Position numbers and translations under genes: made by a program | Notes under the pieces: generated by a model | What the model was told of the DNA's origin: nothing | Database searches by the model: none | What the model saw: only the letters and a program-made list of their open reading frames with translations | Source: a virus | Lineage: Duplodnaviria > Caudoviricetes | Reading direction: 5' to 3' (one strand) | Length of the DNA stretch: 57,372 nt | IMG/VR virus record: IMGVR_UViG_3300037483_000275 | Location: 1 to 57,372 of that record | Shown: piece by piece, positions 9,620 through 19,615 of the stretch | Layout of the letters: each line of letters begins with the position of its first letter | How positions within the stretch are numbered: the first letter of the stretch is position 1

Positions 9620-9927
9620 TGACGATCCCCAAGGCGGAGCCGCTGAGTTTCACGATTCCGGAGTTGGAGAAGACGGTTCAGCTTCGGCATATCACCCGGG
9701 GGACGCTGCGTCTGTTCGACCAGTGGCAGCGGGGCGAAGGGGGCGCGGACGTCGTCTGGCTGTTGGTCGGGCAGCTCGCGCCAGAGTTAACCGACGCGGA
9801 TCTGGATGTAGTGTCGTTCCTGACGGCCGTTCAGATGTGCCGCATGGTCAGCGACTACACCCAGAATGCGCTGCTCGAATTGGGAAAAGGCAACGGCGAC
9901 CTGGCGGCAAGCACACCATCAACCTGA
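9619..9927 (+). CDS. Tail assembly chaperone (G-like)
   Basis: Between tube and tape measure genes; slippery G GGA AAA near its 3' end. Confidence 0.75.
   Translation: MTIPKAEPLSFTIPELEKTVQLRHITRGTLRLFDQWQRGEGGADVVWLLVGQLAPELTDADLDVVSFLTAVQMCRMVSDYTQNALLELGKGNGDLAASTPST
9882..9888 (+). other. Programmed -1 ribosomal frameshift site (G GGA AAA) giving a GT-like fusion that ends at 10268
   Basis: X XXY YYZ heptamer correctly phased in the 9619 frame; the -1 frame is open to 10268, overlapping the tape measure start. Confidence 0.8.
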
Positions 9928-10264
9928 TCGACCCGGTGGATTATGCGGTGGCCCGGGTCGCCCATGCCTTCGCAACTGATTTCTGGACGGTGGCCGAGTG
10001 GCCCTGGGTGGATGTCAAAATCGCGGAACAGTCGGTAGAGGAATTGGAGTACGTCGCGAGCCTGCGGGCGGAACGGGACCGGATCGAGTTAGCCAACCTG
10101 CTTCGGGTCGGCATGTGGTCGGAGGATGGCCTTGGTCGCGCCGAACGGGCATGGGAACGGCAACTCCTCGTGGCTCCGAGGGAGTCTCAGCAACCCGCTG
10201 AGCGGACGGCGTGGCTCAAGTCGTTTCGTGATGCTGAAGCCCGTGGTAACTGGAGAAAAGCAAC

Positions 10265-12475
10265 GTGACTGTTCCGCTGTTTGAACTCGGCGTACCGATC
10301 CGCACCCTAGGCGAGCAGGAAGCCCTGGGCGCGTTCGCGCGCGTCGAGTCAGCGGGCAAGCGCGCTGCACTTTCTCTAGAGCAGAGCGCCAAGCAGGGGA
10401 CCCAGCGGGCCACAATCCAGTTCTCGCAGATGGGCGCGAACTCGCTACGCGCTCTCAACGCCGAGACGGCCAAAGCTCGACCGTCATTTGAGCGACAGGG
10501 GACTGAACTGGCGCGGAGCCTGACAGCGGGACTCCGGAGACAATTCGCCCGGCAGCAAGCCGAGATCCGGGAGGAACTGGCTCGGGGCCTCATCACCCCG
10601 GCTCAGGCGCAGGCCAGGGGCCGTGAGGCTGGCTTGGCGTTCAACCGCGGGGTACTCACCACCATCAGCCAGCAGGGTGCCGCGGGAGCCTTCGCCGGTC
10701 GGCAGGGTGGCGCCCTATTCGTCGGTCTGTCCAACCAGTTGCGCAACGTCGATCAAGCCGCATCCCGGGCGGGACGCGGTGGGATCCGAACGCTGACTAC
10801 GAACTTGGCCTCCCTGGCTGCGATGGAATTGGGGATCCGGGCCGGGCTCGGGTCCACCATCGGGATACTTGGTACCCTGGCTATCGGCTCCGCCCTGACA
10901 TTAGGCATTGTTGCGGGACTAGCGGCCATCGCCTTTGCCTTCGGCAAGATTCGGGACCGGGCGAAGGAGGCGGAAGAGCGGGTTAAGAAGACCATCGCGG
11001 CTGTTCAGGAGAGCAGCGAAGCCCTCAAGGGCATGCTGGCGGAACAGATGCCGCTGGAAACCGCACAGACAGCAGTAGGCACAGCAGAAGGGGCTTTGAA
11101 GCTAGCGGACTCCAAGTTTAAGAAGTTTGAGGCGGATCGCAAAACAGCGTTAGAGGAACTGACGGTTGCTCAGGGCAGACTCAATGCCATGCAGTCCGCT
11201 ATGGTGGTTCCGGTTGCGGAAATCGCCGCCCTGAATACTGCCACCAAGCGTCTGAGGGATGTTGAAACTGAACTCACCATTTCCCAGAATGAACAGACCG
11301 CAGCGAGTGCCAATCTTCGTGTAGCCCGGTTCAACCTCACCAAAGCCGAGAAAGAAGCCGCCGACCAGGCCGAACGACTCCGCAAGGAACAAGAGCAAGC
11401 AGCGGAAGCCCTGATAAGAGCCTACCGGGAGCAGATCCAAGCTCTGGCCGCTCTGGCCTCAGCGGGCATCGCCACCTCGGATGATCTGGCGCAGCTCGCC
11501 ACAATCCAAGAGCGACTGACTGCCGCCACGAAGGTCGGCACAGCCGAAGCGCGCGCACAAGCGCAAGCACTTCTTGAAGTGGTGCGGGCGGCTCGACTCT
11601 CCCGGCTCGAAGGCGCGTTGAAGCTCGGCGAGCTTGAACCCAAGCTGTCGAAGACATCGCCACCGGGCTCCTTGCCCGTGAAACGGGCTGCACCTCTTCT
11701 GACGGATGCGGACCTAGGCGAAAGAGGTTTCACCACCGCCATCAGGGCGGCGGATCTGTACTCAGCCCGACTGATGGCCGTTGCGTCAGCAATGGGCATT
11801 ACACTCGAACAAGCGGAAGCACTCACAGGGTTTTTTGATGGCTTGGTGGACTCTCTTGACCCAGTCAACCAAAAGATTGCCGTCCTGAGCACCGTCCTGA
11901 ATGGTGCCGCACAGGCATGGGTGGGATTCTGGGAGGGTGTCGGGTCTGGGGACTTGTCGGGCTTCGGGAATGTTATTGCTGGGTTTGCCAAACAAATGGC
12001 GGCTCTCTTCGCGCAGCAGGCAGCGGCGGCGGCTGTTCTGGCCATCACGCCGCCATTCTTAGGCGGTAATCCGGCCTACCTGGCTTTGGTGCCCAAGTTT
12101 CTGGCTGTCTCGGCAGGCTTCGCGGCGCTGGCCGGCGGGGCCGGTGGCAGCCGCAGTAGTGGAGGCGGCGGAGCGGGGGCGGGTTCCCGTGTCGACCATG
12201 CGGGTCGGCGTATTGACAATGCGGGTCGGCCTATCGACCAGCGCGATCGATTCCAGGAATTTCTGGACCAGCGCGAGCGATACCCTCTTCAGGCCACGCC
12301 CCGACTGCGCGGTCCGCAATTCGGGATACAAGCCGCCCAGGTCAAACCGCTCCAGCCGATTTCCGTTCAGGTGGGGCCGATCATCGGGGAGAATGACCCC
12401 GTGGCCCAGCGCACCATCGCCAGGATGACCGAGAAGGCCGCCGCGCGGGGCTATCAGATTGGCCGGGGCCGATGA
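10265..12475 (+). CDS. Tape measure protein
   Basis: 736 aa, Ala/Gly/Gln-rich, helical/coiled-coil, hydrophobic segments; follows the frameshift chaperone. Confidence 0.85.
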   Translation: MTVPLFELGVPIRTLGEQEALGAFARVESAGKRAALSLEQSAKQGTQRATIQFSQMGANSLRALNAETAKARPSFERQGTELARSLTAGLRRQFARQQAEIREELARGLITPAQAQARGREAGLAFNRGVLTTISQQGAAGAFAGRQGGALFVGLSNQLRNVDQAASRAGRGGIRTLTTNLASLAAMELGIRAGLGSTIGILGTLAIGSALTLGIVAGLAAIAFAFGKIRDRAKEAEERVKKTIAAVQESSEALKGMLAEQMPLETAQTAVGTAEGALKLADSKFKKFEADRKTALEELTVAQGRLNAMQSAMVVPVAEIAALNTATKRLRDVETELTISQNEQTAASANLRVARFNLTKAEKEAADQAERLRKEQEQAAEALIRAYREQIQALAALASAGIATSDDLAQLATIQERLTAATKVGTAEARAQAQALLEVVRAARLSRLEGALKLGELEPKLSKTSPPGSLPVKRAAPLLTDADLGERGFTTAIRAADLYSARLMAVASAMGITLEQAEALTGFFDGLVDSLDPVNQKIAVLSTVLNGAAQAWVGFWEGVGSGDLSGFGNVIAGFAKQMAALFAQQAAAAAVLAITPPFLGGNPAYLALVPKFLAVSAGFAALAGGAGGSRSSGGGGAGAGSRVDHAGRRIDNAGRPIDQRDRFQEFLDQRERYPLQATPRLRGPQFGIQAAQVKPLQPISVQVGPIIGENDPVAQRTIARMTEKAAARGYQIGRGR

Positions 12476-12951
12476 CTACCCGGATCACGTTCACCGACGA
12501 AGACGGGGCCGTCGTCTGTGAAACCGGCAAACCCAACCTCATGGACCGGCTCGCCGGGTTCGTCCCCTTGGTCCGGACGGTCGGCCCGGAAGGCGGGAAC
12601 CCGGTCGGGTTAGGCAACGGCATTACCTACGGCTGGGAACACCGGGTCGATTTCGGCTGTCGGTTCTCGCTGGAGCACATCCCGCAAGCTAAGCTCGAAG
12701 ACTTCCAGCGGCTGTATCTCTGGCTCCTGCGCGGCGTGCAGACGGCGGCGGGAACCGAAGGACGAGTCACACTAGAAACGGGGGATGTAGACGAGCACAC
12801 CTACGTCTGCCGGATCTGGCCCGGCTTTGAGCCCGCCCCCCCGGAACAACTTGACCGGAACGCCATCGAATACCGCATGACGCTGGAGCTGCTCAACACC
12901 GAGCAAGCCCGGATGGTGTGCAGTTATGACGAATCTGTGGGGTTGAGCTAA
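12472..12951 (+). CDS. Putative distal tail protein
   Basis: Synteny after tape measure gene and size only. Confidence 0.5.
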   Translation: MTTRITFTDEDGAVVCETGKPNLMDRLAGFVPLVRTVGPEGGNPVGLGNGITYGWEHRVDFGCRFSLEHIPQAKLEDFQRLYLWLLRGVQTAAGTEGRVTLETGDVDEHTYVCRIWPGFEPAPPEQLDRNAIEYRMTLELLNTEQARMVCSYDESVGLS

Positions 12952-14267
12952 TGGGGACGCTTCGCTACCGGGCACGGCTCCGAAGCCTGGACGACACGGA
13001 AGACTTATTCGTGGCGTGTTCCGTTCTGGACGGGATGAACCCCTATATCAAATCCGCCCCGCGATCCGATGGGCAGGAAGTCGACCCCGTGACCGGTCGG
13101 GTGACTCAGGGTGTCACCACCCTCGAAATCATCGACTGGTGGGGGCCGCTCTGCCTCTTCCCGCCGGACAGTGTGATCGCGGATACCGTCGTGGCGAGCG
13201 TCGCGGTCACGCCTACCACGGTCACGATGGCGGTTGGTGCTACCACCGTACTGACCGCTGTGGTACGGAATGCGGCAGGTCAGTTGCTGACTGGGAAGGT
13301 AGTGACTTGGGTTTCCGATACGCCCGCTGATGTCAGCGTTGGGCCTGATAGCGGCGATGACCCCCACCAGGTCACCATCACGGCGGAATCGGACGGGTCC
13401 GCAGAGATCACCGCGACGTGCGAAACGATTGACGCTGATCCTGTCACCGTTACGGTGCCAGTGACGGGTGTCGATCTGGTCTACTTTGCGGACAAGCTCG
13501 ACTCGGGGGCACGTAAGGCGACCGTGGGAGGGTTCGGCTGGCATAGTGAGATGACCAAGGCGCAGGTGGTGGTGAGTTCGGTCAATCCCTTTCCTGGAGA
13601 CACAGATAGTCTCCATTTCCCGTTTGAACCCACCAAGCCGAATATGCAGCAAGGGGTTGTGTTGGGCCAGAACCTAACGGAATTGTACTCCGGGTTCTAT
13701 CTCTACATTCCAGACGGGACAGAAGGTACGGGCTCAATCGCCTACAGTCACGGCCTCAACAATCCGCAGAATAATAAGTTTTTCCGCTGGTGGGATGGGA
13801 ACGCAGGAGGTGCCCAAGCTTCCTATGACAACTGGCGAATCAAATTCGGCTCCCAATTCCTCCGGAGCAGTATCGGCCTGTCCCAGATGAATCAGGACGG
13901 GCAATTCTTCTGGCGGAGCAGCACGGGGAGTAAGGTCGAATACATGCCGCCGCCCTATGGGTTGGACCCCTTTATCAGTGCCGCGGATCGTGGGACGTGG
14001 ATCAATGTGCAGGTCCATATGAAAGTCGCGTCGAGTCCCACGGCGTTTGATGGTGGGATGCAGATCCGACGCAATGGCGTGACGGTCTTCGATAAGATGG
14101 ATCAGAACACGTATGACCAGCAGGGATTCGGGAACTACATCAAGTGGGGGTATCTGCTCGGCGCGGCGAATGCCGGATGGACTGCCAAGACCGTAATGCA
14201 ACTCACACGATTTCGGATGGCGAACAGTTGGGCGGCGTGTGATCCCGACTCTGTAACAGACTGGTAA
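12951..14267 (+). CDS. Tail protein with Ig-like (Big_2) domain and C-terminal lectin/polysaccharide-lyase-like beta-sandwich
   Basis: VASVAVTPTTVTM...VRNAAGQLLTGKVVTW Ig motif; NNKFFRW and GTWINVQVH...DGGMQIRRNG. Confidence 0.6.
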   Translation: MGTLRYRARLRSLDDTEDLFVACSVLDGMNPYIKSAPRSDGQEVDPVTGRVTQGVTTLEIIDWWGPLCLFPPDSVIADTVVASVAVTPTTVTMAVGATTVLTAVVRNAAGQLLTGKVVTWVSDTPADVSVGPDSGDDPHQVTITAESDGSAEITATCETIDADPVTVTVPVTGVDLVYFADKLDSGARKATVGGFGWHSEMTKAQVVVSSVNPFPGDTDSLHFPFEPTKPNMQQGVVLGQNLTELYSGFYLYIPDGTEGTGSIAYSHGLNNPQNNKFFRWWDGNAGGAQASYDNWRIKFGSQFLRSSIGLSQMNQDGQFFWRSSTGSKVEYMPPPYGLDPFISAADRGTWINVQVHMKVASSPTAFDGGMQIRRNGVTVFDKMDQNTYDQQGFGNYIKWGYLLGAANAGWTAKTVMQLTRFRMANSWAACDPDSVTDW

Positions 14268-14282
14268 TCAAGGAAGGGTCCC

Positions 14283-15356
14283 ATGGCCTTTGTACCGACA
14301 GTCGTAGATGGCTTCGATAACTACCGCCGCGGTCGCGAACGGTGGACGATCGGGCAGGAGTTCATCGGAGGAGGATTTGACCCGCTCAGTCCCAGTTGGT
14401 CGCGCCATGCGTTTGGCCAAGGCGCGAACATTCTTGGGAGCAGCGCCCGGATTGAGATCCCGGGGAGGAGTGCCCAGATCATCGAAGTGGCGCTCCAGTA
14501 TAACGGGGCTTTTCAGCAATTTCTGCCTCTGCTGGCCTTCTACAAACTGGACGTGTCGACCTTTGAGCATGTGAGTGTGAAACTCAGCGATACGCGCCAT
14601 CCCTACATCGTCAGGGGCCAGAACAATGCGCTCCTCGTTGGTCCCACGGTTGGGCCGGATAAGGTGCTCGAGCTGGGCGTGTGGTACTGGCACCAATTCT
14701 ATGTCAAGATCCACCCAACCGCCGGGGAGGTGCGGTACTGGATCAATGGGAATCCCTGGCTTGAAGCTACGGGACTGAACACGTACCACTCCGGCGCCTC
14801 GACGCAGACGGCGGATTGCGGGGGTATCTCCCAGCAATTCGGGCCTGAAGTCCGTGCCGATGATGTGGTGTTCCAGGACGGAGAGCTAGGGGACTTTCAG
14901 GGTGACATGATCGTCTTGGGCAAGCGCCCAGCGGCACCGGGCTACATCTCCGAGTTTACCCCCGTGGGCGCCGCGACGGGATGGGAAGCGACGAACGAGA
15001 TCAACGCCGACGAAGACACGACCTATGACGGGTCCGACGTCCTTGGGGCGCGGAGTTCCTACGAGATCGCCAAGATTACCGAAGTCCCGGACTCTTCCAT
15101 CGTCCTAGCGGTCCAGCAAGCCTTCCGCCACCGCAAGGACCAGCCCGGTCCGCGATCAGTCATCCCGTTTATTCGGGTGGCATCGAATGAAATCTTAGGG
15201 GAGGAGCGGTTCCCGTCCGAGACGGCGTACATCACGCCCATTGAGGCGCCGCAATTGGAGCAGCCTGCCGGCGGAGCCTGGGGTACTGTGGGCGAGTTCA
15301 ATGCACTGGACGTCGAGGTTGGACAAGAAGTCGCGGACGGGGTAGGAGCATCATAG
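14283..15356 (+). CDS. Minor tail/virion protein with concanavalin/LamG-like fold
   Basis: VDGFD, WYWHQFYVKIHPTAGEVRYWING, ADDVVF motifs; tail module context. Confidence 0.55.
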   Translation: MAFVPTVVDGFDNYRRGRERWTIGQEFIGGGFDPLSPSWSRHAFGQGANILGSSARIEIPGRSAQIIEVALQYNGAFQQFLPLLAFYKLDVSTFEHVSVKLSDTRHPYIVRGQNNALLVGPTVGPDKVLELGVWYWHQFYVKIHPTAGEVRYWINGNPWLEATGLNTYHSGASTQTADCGGISQQFGPEVRADDVVFQDGELGDFQGDMIVLGKRPAAPGYISEFTPVGAATGWEATNEINADEDTTYDGSDVLGARSSYEIAKITEVPDSSIVLAVQQAFRHRKDQPGPRSVIPFIRVASNEILGEERFPSETAYITPIEAPQLEQPAGGAWGTVGEFNALDVEVGQEVADGVGAS

Positions 15357-15359
15357 CCC

Positions 15360-18254
15360 ATGGCTGAACAGCTCCGGGTGACGCAGCAGGGGGCTGAGGC
15401 CGTCATTGTCGACGAGGCCGAAGCCCGCGTCACGCAACAGGGCGCGGATGTCGCTGTCAAGGACTCGACGCCTGCGGAAGACAGGATCACCCAACAGGGT
15501 GCCGAGTCGGTGGTCCTCAAGGAACCCTCTCCGCTCCGGATCACGGCCCAAGGGTTAGACATTGTCCTCAAGCCTCTGCCGGATGTACCGGAAGAGGAAT
15601 GTATTCCGGTTGACGCCCGGATCATCACGACTCCCCTGAACGACGAAACCCTCCGTCCTCAGTTCCTTGGTCACAAGATGATTCTGGAGGTGACGGAATC
15701 CCCGCTCAGTGTGAACGAAGACGACGCGGTCTGGTCTATCATGGAAAGCGGGTATTGCACCCGGTCCACTTTACAGGATGCGCTGACCTGGGAGTTTGCG
15801 ATTGGGGATACCGATCGCGTCGAACGGGAGGCCAAGCTCTTCGCGGGCCCGGATCTCATTGTGGGCCAGCCGTCCGCGATCTTCGGGGGTCCGGTAGTCG
15901 GGGGATTTGGGGAGCTGCAAGATCGAGGGACGCCCCTCTTCCGGGTCTCCGCTGTTGAGGCCGAAGATTTTATTACCCTGGAATACGTTCAGGGTCCGAC
16001 CCCGCTGTCTGAATTGGGTCTTCTGTCGCTCAGTAATAGTTCCTACATCAACCAGATTGCCCTCCCCTTCGCGGAGATCAGCGACCGCTATCGCGAGTTT
16101 GACCGTTCCCACATCTACCCTAACATCGTGGTCGAGTTCTACGACCCGGAGTCCGGAGATCTTATCGCGTCCTCCTTCGGGGCGGTGCGCGAAGTCGTCG
16201 GCCAGTTTACGCCCATCTCGAAGCGCATCCCTGTCAGGTCGCGGGGGCTCCTTCCCTCACAACGGATCGATGACCGTCTGATTGACGGGGATGAGTTTAC
16301 GGTGGATTGGGGCGCGAGCCAGCCGTCCGTAGGAACCCGATTCTTGGTGTACATGTACGTCACGCAAGCCACGGAGCTCACGCCCTTCCACCTCGACGGA
16401 CATCCGGTTGATTTGGCAATCCAGGTCTATGATCCCTTGGGCATCCCCTATGACCAGGAGAGCGCAGACAACACCAAGGCATTGTTAGGCCCGTCCCTCC
16501 GGATTCTGCTACGCCCGACCAGCTCGGAGACCGCGCTAGAGGTACTGGAAAACTATCTCCACGGTCCTGCTGGATTCGCGTATCGTGTGGTGGAAGGGGT
16601 CCGGCACTTCTACCCGACGCGCTACCGGGATAGCGCCACGCCGAGTGAGACCTTGACGCTGGCTTCTCTCCGGGGAGAAGGAACACCCTATGATCTCTCA
16701 GACCAGAACATCATCACCCGGGTCATCTGGGAGGAGGTTGTTTTTCTGCTCTGGGAAAATACGGAAGACACCCCGCTCGACTCCCGGCCCTTGGATGGAC
16801 TGTTACCGCGTGAACGGAATACGCCCTTTACTCAGGCGGACAGCAACGCCGCTCTGAACATGGGCGAGCAAATCTATAGCTATCCCGGCTACATCCCGGA
16901 ACCGTTTCCCGTCAGTTTGAGCCTCCGCAACAGCTTCAAGCAGCGGGTGGCAGAGGAAATCTTTTTCCGCTGGGGACGGGGTGGAGCTGATGTCACACTG
17001 CCATGTCTCCGCGGGTTCGAGGCGCTGGTCGGGGAGTTTGTGGTCAATGAGCTGAACTACTCCCCGATTCCAGAAGCCGGGCAACTGCTCATCACGGTAC
17101 GACCGAAAGACTACCCGTCGCGTCGTCCCCGGCAAGTCCTACAAGTGGTGAAACGGAGCGAAAGCCCTGCTGGTCCCGATATAACATTCCAAGTGGTTGG
17201 ACCCGTCGCGGCTGATGTCGAGGACGCGACTGGCTTCCTGGTCGTTCCCACTATCACCATTGCGGCATCGGTGTCTGCGCCGAACAACGTAGCCGTGGTC
17301 ACGGTGACCAACTGGTCGGCTATCGTGCTGGTGTCGGGGAACCGGGTGGAGATGCAATGGGCCACGGCGTCGAGTGAGCCCGTGCAGTGGAATACCGCCG
17401 GCTCGCTCTTTGGTGGCACCGCCGGCGCCATCGGAACGCCGCTCCTACCTGCGGGATCGCATGTGTGGGCCCGTGCCCGTACCTGGAATACGGATGGGCG
17501 GTTCAGTGAGTGGTCTACTGTTGTCGATATACAACTCGACGCCTTGGACCCGCCCACTTCCTTTGTCGGGACCAGGATCGAGGACACGCTGGCCTTTGTG
17601 TTTACCTGGGTCAACGGAGAGCCCACCGAGCCGCTGGTCATCCGGTTTGCGAAGAGTTTGGACCAGGAATGGACGGAGATCGGATCACTGCCTGCCGGGA
17701 CTACGCGATTCGACTACGCGTTCGAGGAAGCCAACACGATCTACCGGGTCGAGATTTTCCACCGGCAATTACTGCCGGTGCTGAGTGAATCGCCCCACGT
17801 CGAAACCCAAGTCACGACCGGGACCACGATCCCCACCCTTGACGCTCCGCTCAATCCCGAAGCCACCACGGGCGGGGGCAATGCCATGCTCTGTGTGGAC
17901 GTGGGCGATCTCAATGCCGACCAGACGGTCTTCCAGTATGCCGCGGAGCAATCGGATGGGACCTTCGGGGCGTGGGTCACCTACGCGATCCTGTCTCACT
18001 CGGGGACTACGGTCTGTGGAACGGTGAGCGTGCCGCAAGAAACATCGGTGTTTGATCCGGCTCGGAATCGGTTCTACCAGCTCCAAGCCTATCACACAGC
18101 ACTCGGGTATGTGGACTCTGACCCAACCGACGCCATCACGGTAGACCCCTGGACCTTGGCTGGGCCGTCCGACTCCACCCCGGTCAGTCTCATCAGCGAT
18201 AACGGGGATACGCTCATTATCGATAGCGGCGATCCGCTCTACGGAGAGGTCTAG
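15360..18254 (+). CDS. Large tail tip/hub protein with FN3-like domains
   Basis: 964 aa; four N-terminal R(V/I)T(Q/A)QG repeats; VWARARTWN...FSEWS, LDPPT, LDAPLNP FN3-like motifs. Confidence 0.65.
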   Translation: MAEQLRVTQQGAEAVIVDEAEARVTQQGADVAVKDSTPAEDRITQQGAESVVLKEPSPLRITAQGLDIVLKPLPDVPEEECIPVDARIITTPLNDETLRPQFLGHKMILEVTESPLSVNEDDAVWSIMESGYCTRSTLQDALTWEFAIGDTDRVEREAKLFAGPDLIVGQPSAIFGGPVVGGFGELQDRGTPLFRVSAVEAEDFITLEYVQGPTPLSELGLLSLSNSSYINQIALPFAEISDRYREFDRSHIYPNIVVEFYDPESGDLIASSFGAVREVVGQFTPISKRIPVRSRGLLPSQRIDDRLIDGDEFTVDWGASQPSVGTRFLVYMYVTQATELTPFHLDGHPVDLAIQVYDPLGIPYDQESADNTKALLGPSLRILLRPTSSETALEVLENYLHGPAGFAYRVVEGVRHFYPTRYRDSATPSETLTLASLRGEGTPYDLSDQNIITRVIWEEVVFLLWENTEDTPLDSRPLDGLLPRERNTPFTQADSNAALNMGEQIYSYPGYIPEPFPVSLSLRNSFKQRVAEEIFFRWGRGGADVTLPCLRGFEALVGEFVVNELNYSPIPEAGQLLITVRPKDYPSRRPRQVLQVVKRSESPAGPDITFQVVGPVAADVEDATGFLVVPTITIAASVSAPNNVAVVTVTNWSAIVLVSGNRVEMQWATASSEPVQWNTAGSLFGGTAGAIGTPLLPAGSHVWARARTWNTDGRFSEWSTVVDIQLDALDPPTSFVGTRIEDTLAFVFTWVNGEPTEPLVIRFAKSLDQEWTEIGSLPAGTTRFDYAFEEANTIYRVEIFHRQLLPVLSESPHVETQVTTGTTIPTLDAPLNPEATTGGGNAMLCVDVGDLNADQTVFQYAAEQSDGTFGAWVTYAILSHSGTTVCGTVSVPQETSVFDPARNRFYQLQAYHTALGYVDSDPTDAITVDPWTLAGPSDSTPVSLISDNGDTLIIDSGDPLYGEV

Positions 18255-18256
18255 AT

Positions 18257-19564
18257 ATGGCTCTGTCTTTCCATCGTGACGAAGTCCCGCCCTCATCGGT
18301 GCATCCGATCGAGTACTACCTAACGACCGATCCCGCCAGTGATCCGGACAACAACGTGGCGGCGGATAAGCAGTGGCTCAAGACGGACAACCTTGCGACT
18401 CCAACCTGGTTCGAGTTGTACCGCCGGAACACCGTCAACACGGCCTGGATTCTGATCCGGGCGTGGACCAATGATCTGCCCTACGCGGAAGGAACGATCC
18501 TCATTGCGGATGGCGATGGACGACTGACTCCACTCCTGATTGGGGCGAGCGGGGAAATCCTCGTCTCCGATGGTGCGACACTGGCTTATGCGCCGAATAC
18601 ACCCGCGATCGAGATTCAGGATGCTGGGGTAGCCGTCGGTGTCCGGCCCGCGGTCAATCTAATCGAAGGGTCCAACGTCACCCTGACCATTGCGGACAAT
18701 GTGGGCGATGACCGGGTGGACGTGACGATTGCGGCATCGGGTGGCGGTGGGACGGTGGACATCGAAGACGAGGGAGCAGCCGAAGGGGCGGCGGATACCA
18801 TCGACTTTGTGGGCGCGGGGGTGAGCGTCACCTTCGCGGCTGGGCAAGCAACCGTGGACATCCCCGGTGGGGCCGCCGGAACGGTGGATATTGAGGACGA
18901 AGGCGCCGCAGAGGGGGCCGCAGACACGATTGATTTTGTCGGTGCGGGGGTCAGCGTTGCGTTTGCTGGAGGGGAGGCCACAGTCACGATCCCCGGTGGT
19001 GGCGGCGCATGGACCCAGGCAGTAGATGAGGACGGGACGTCGTTCGCCGGTTGGACCAGCATCTCGGGAACGTGGGCCAGTAACGGAACACAGATCACCC
19101 AGACCGACACAGCCGCCACGGATCGCCATGCCCACCTAACAGCAGTGGTGCCGAATGCAAGCGCCGTCCTGGAGGCTGATGTCAAGATCGTCTCCGGTGC
19201 GGGAACGCCGTCGCGAGTCGGTTTCGTGCTGGCCTACAATGCCACGCTGGCCGGTGCAACGATTGTCTACCTAGAAGGGGATAATACGTCGGGCCTTGAG
19301 GTCCAAGCCGATCGGGCAGTACAAGCGGAACTCTCCACCGTCTCGTTCACTTTCACCTACGGCACTTTCTACCACCTCAAGGTGTTGATCGCTGGCAGCT
19401 CCATGTCGGTCTGGGTAGACGATGTGCTCAAATTCTCCGCTACCAACAATGCGGACAACGCTGGCACGAACCGGGATACTCGGTATTTCGGACTGTACTC
19501 CTACCAGGCGTCAGTCCAATTCCAGAATATCGCACTCTACCGTCCTACGCTGCCAGGTGAGTAA
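18257..19564 (+). CDS. Tail fibre/receptor-binding protein
   Basis: Internal 43-aa repeats (TVDIEDEG...IDFVGAGV) and a C-terminal lectin-like beta-sandwich. Confidence 0.65.
   Translation: MALSFHRDEVPPSSVHPIEYYLTTDPASDPDNNVAADKQWLKTDNLATPTWFELYRRNTVNTAWILIRAWTNDLPYAEGTILIADGDGRLTPLLIGASGEILVSDGATLAYAPNTPAIEIQDAGVAVGVRPAVNLIEGSNVTLTIADNVGDDRVDVTIAASGGGGTVDIEDEGAAEGAADTIDFVGAGVSVTFAAGQATVDIPGGAAGTVDIEDEGAAEGAADTIDFVGAGVSVAFAGGEATVTIPGGGGAWTQAVDEDGTSFAGWTSISGTWASNGTQITQTDTAATDRHAHLTAVVPNASAVLEADVKIVSGAGTPSRVGFVLAYNATLAGATIVYLEGDNTSGLEVQADRAVQAELSTVSFTFTYGTFYHLKVLIAGSSMSVWVDDVLKFSATNNADNAGTNRDTRYFGLYSYQASVQFQNIALYRPTLPGE
18749..18958 (+). repeat. Coding repeat, 129-nt spacing, with a 27-aa identical block
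   Basis: GTVDIEDEGAAEGAADTIDFVGAGVSV encoded at 18749-18829 and 18878-18958. Confidence 0.9.
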
Positions 19565-19615
19565 TGCGCACCAGGAAACGGTGATGCCCACCACGCAAAC
19601 GACCCGGAGGGTGGG

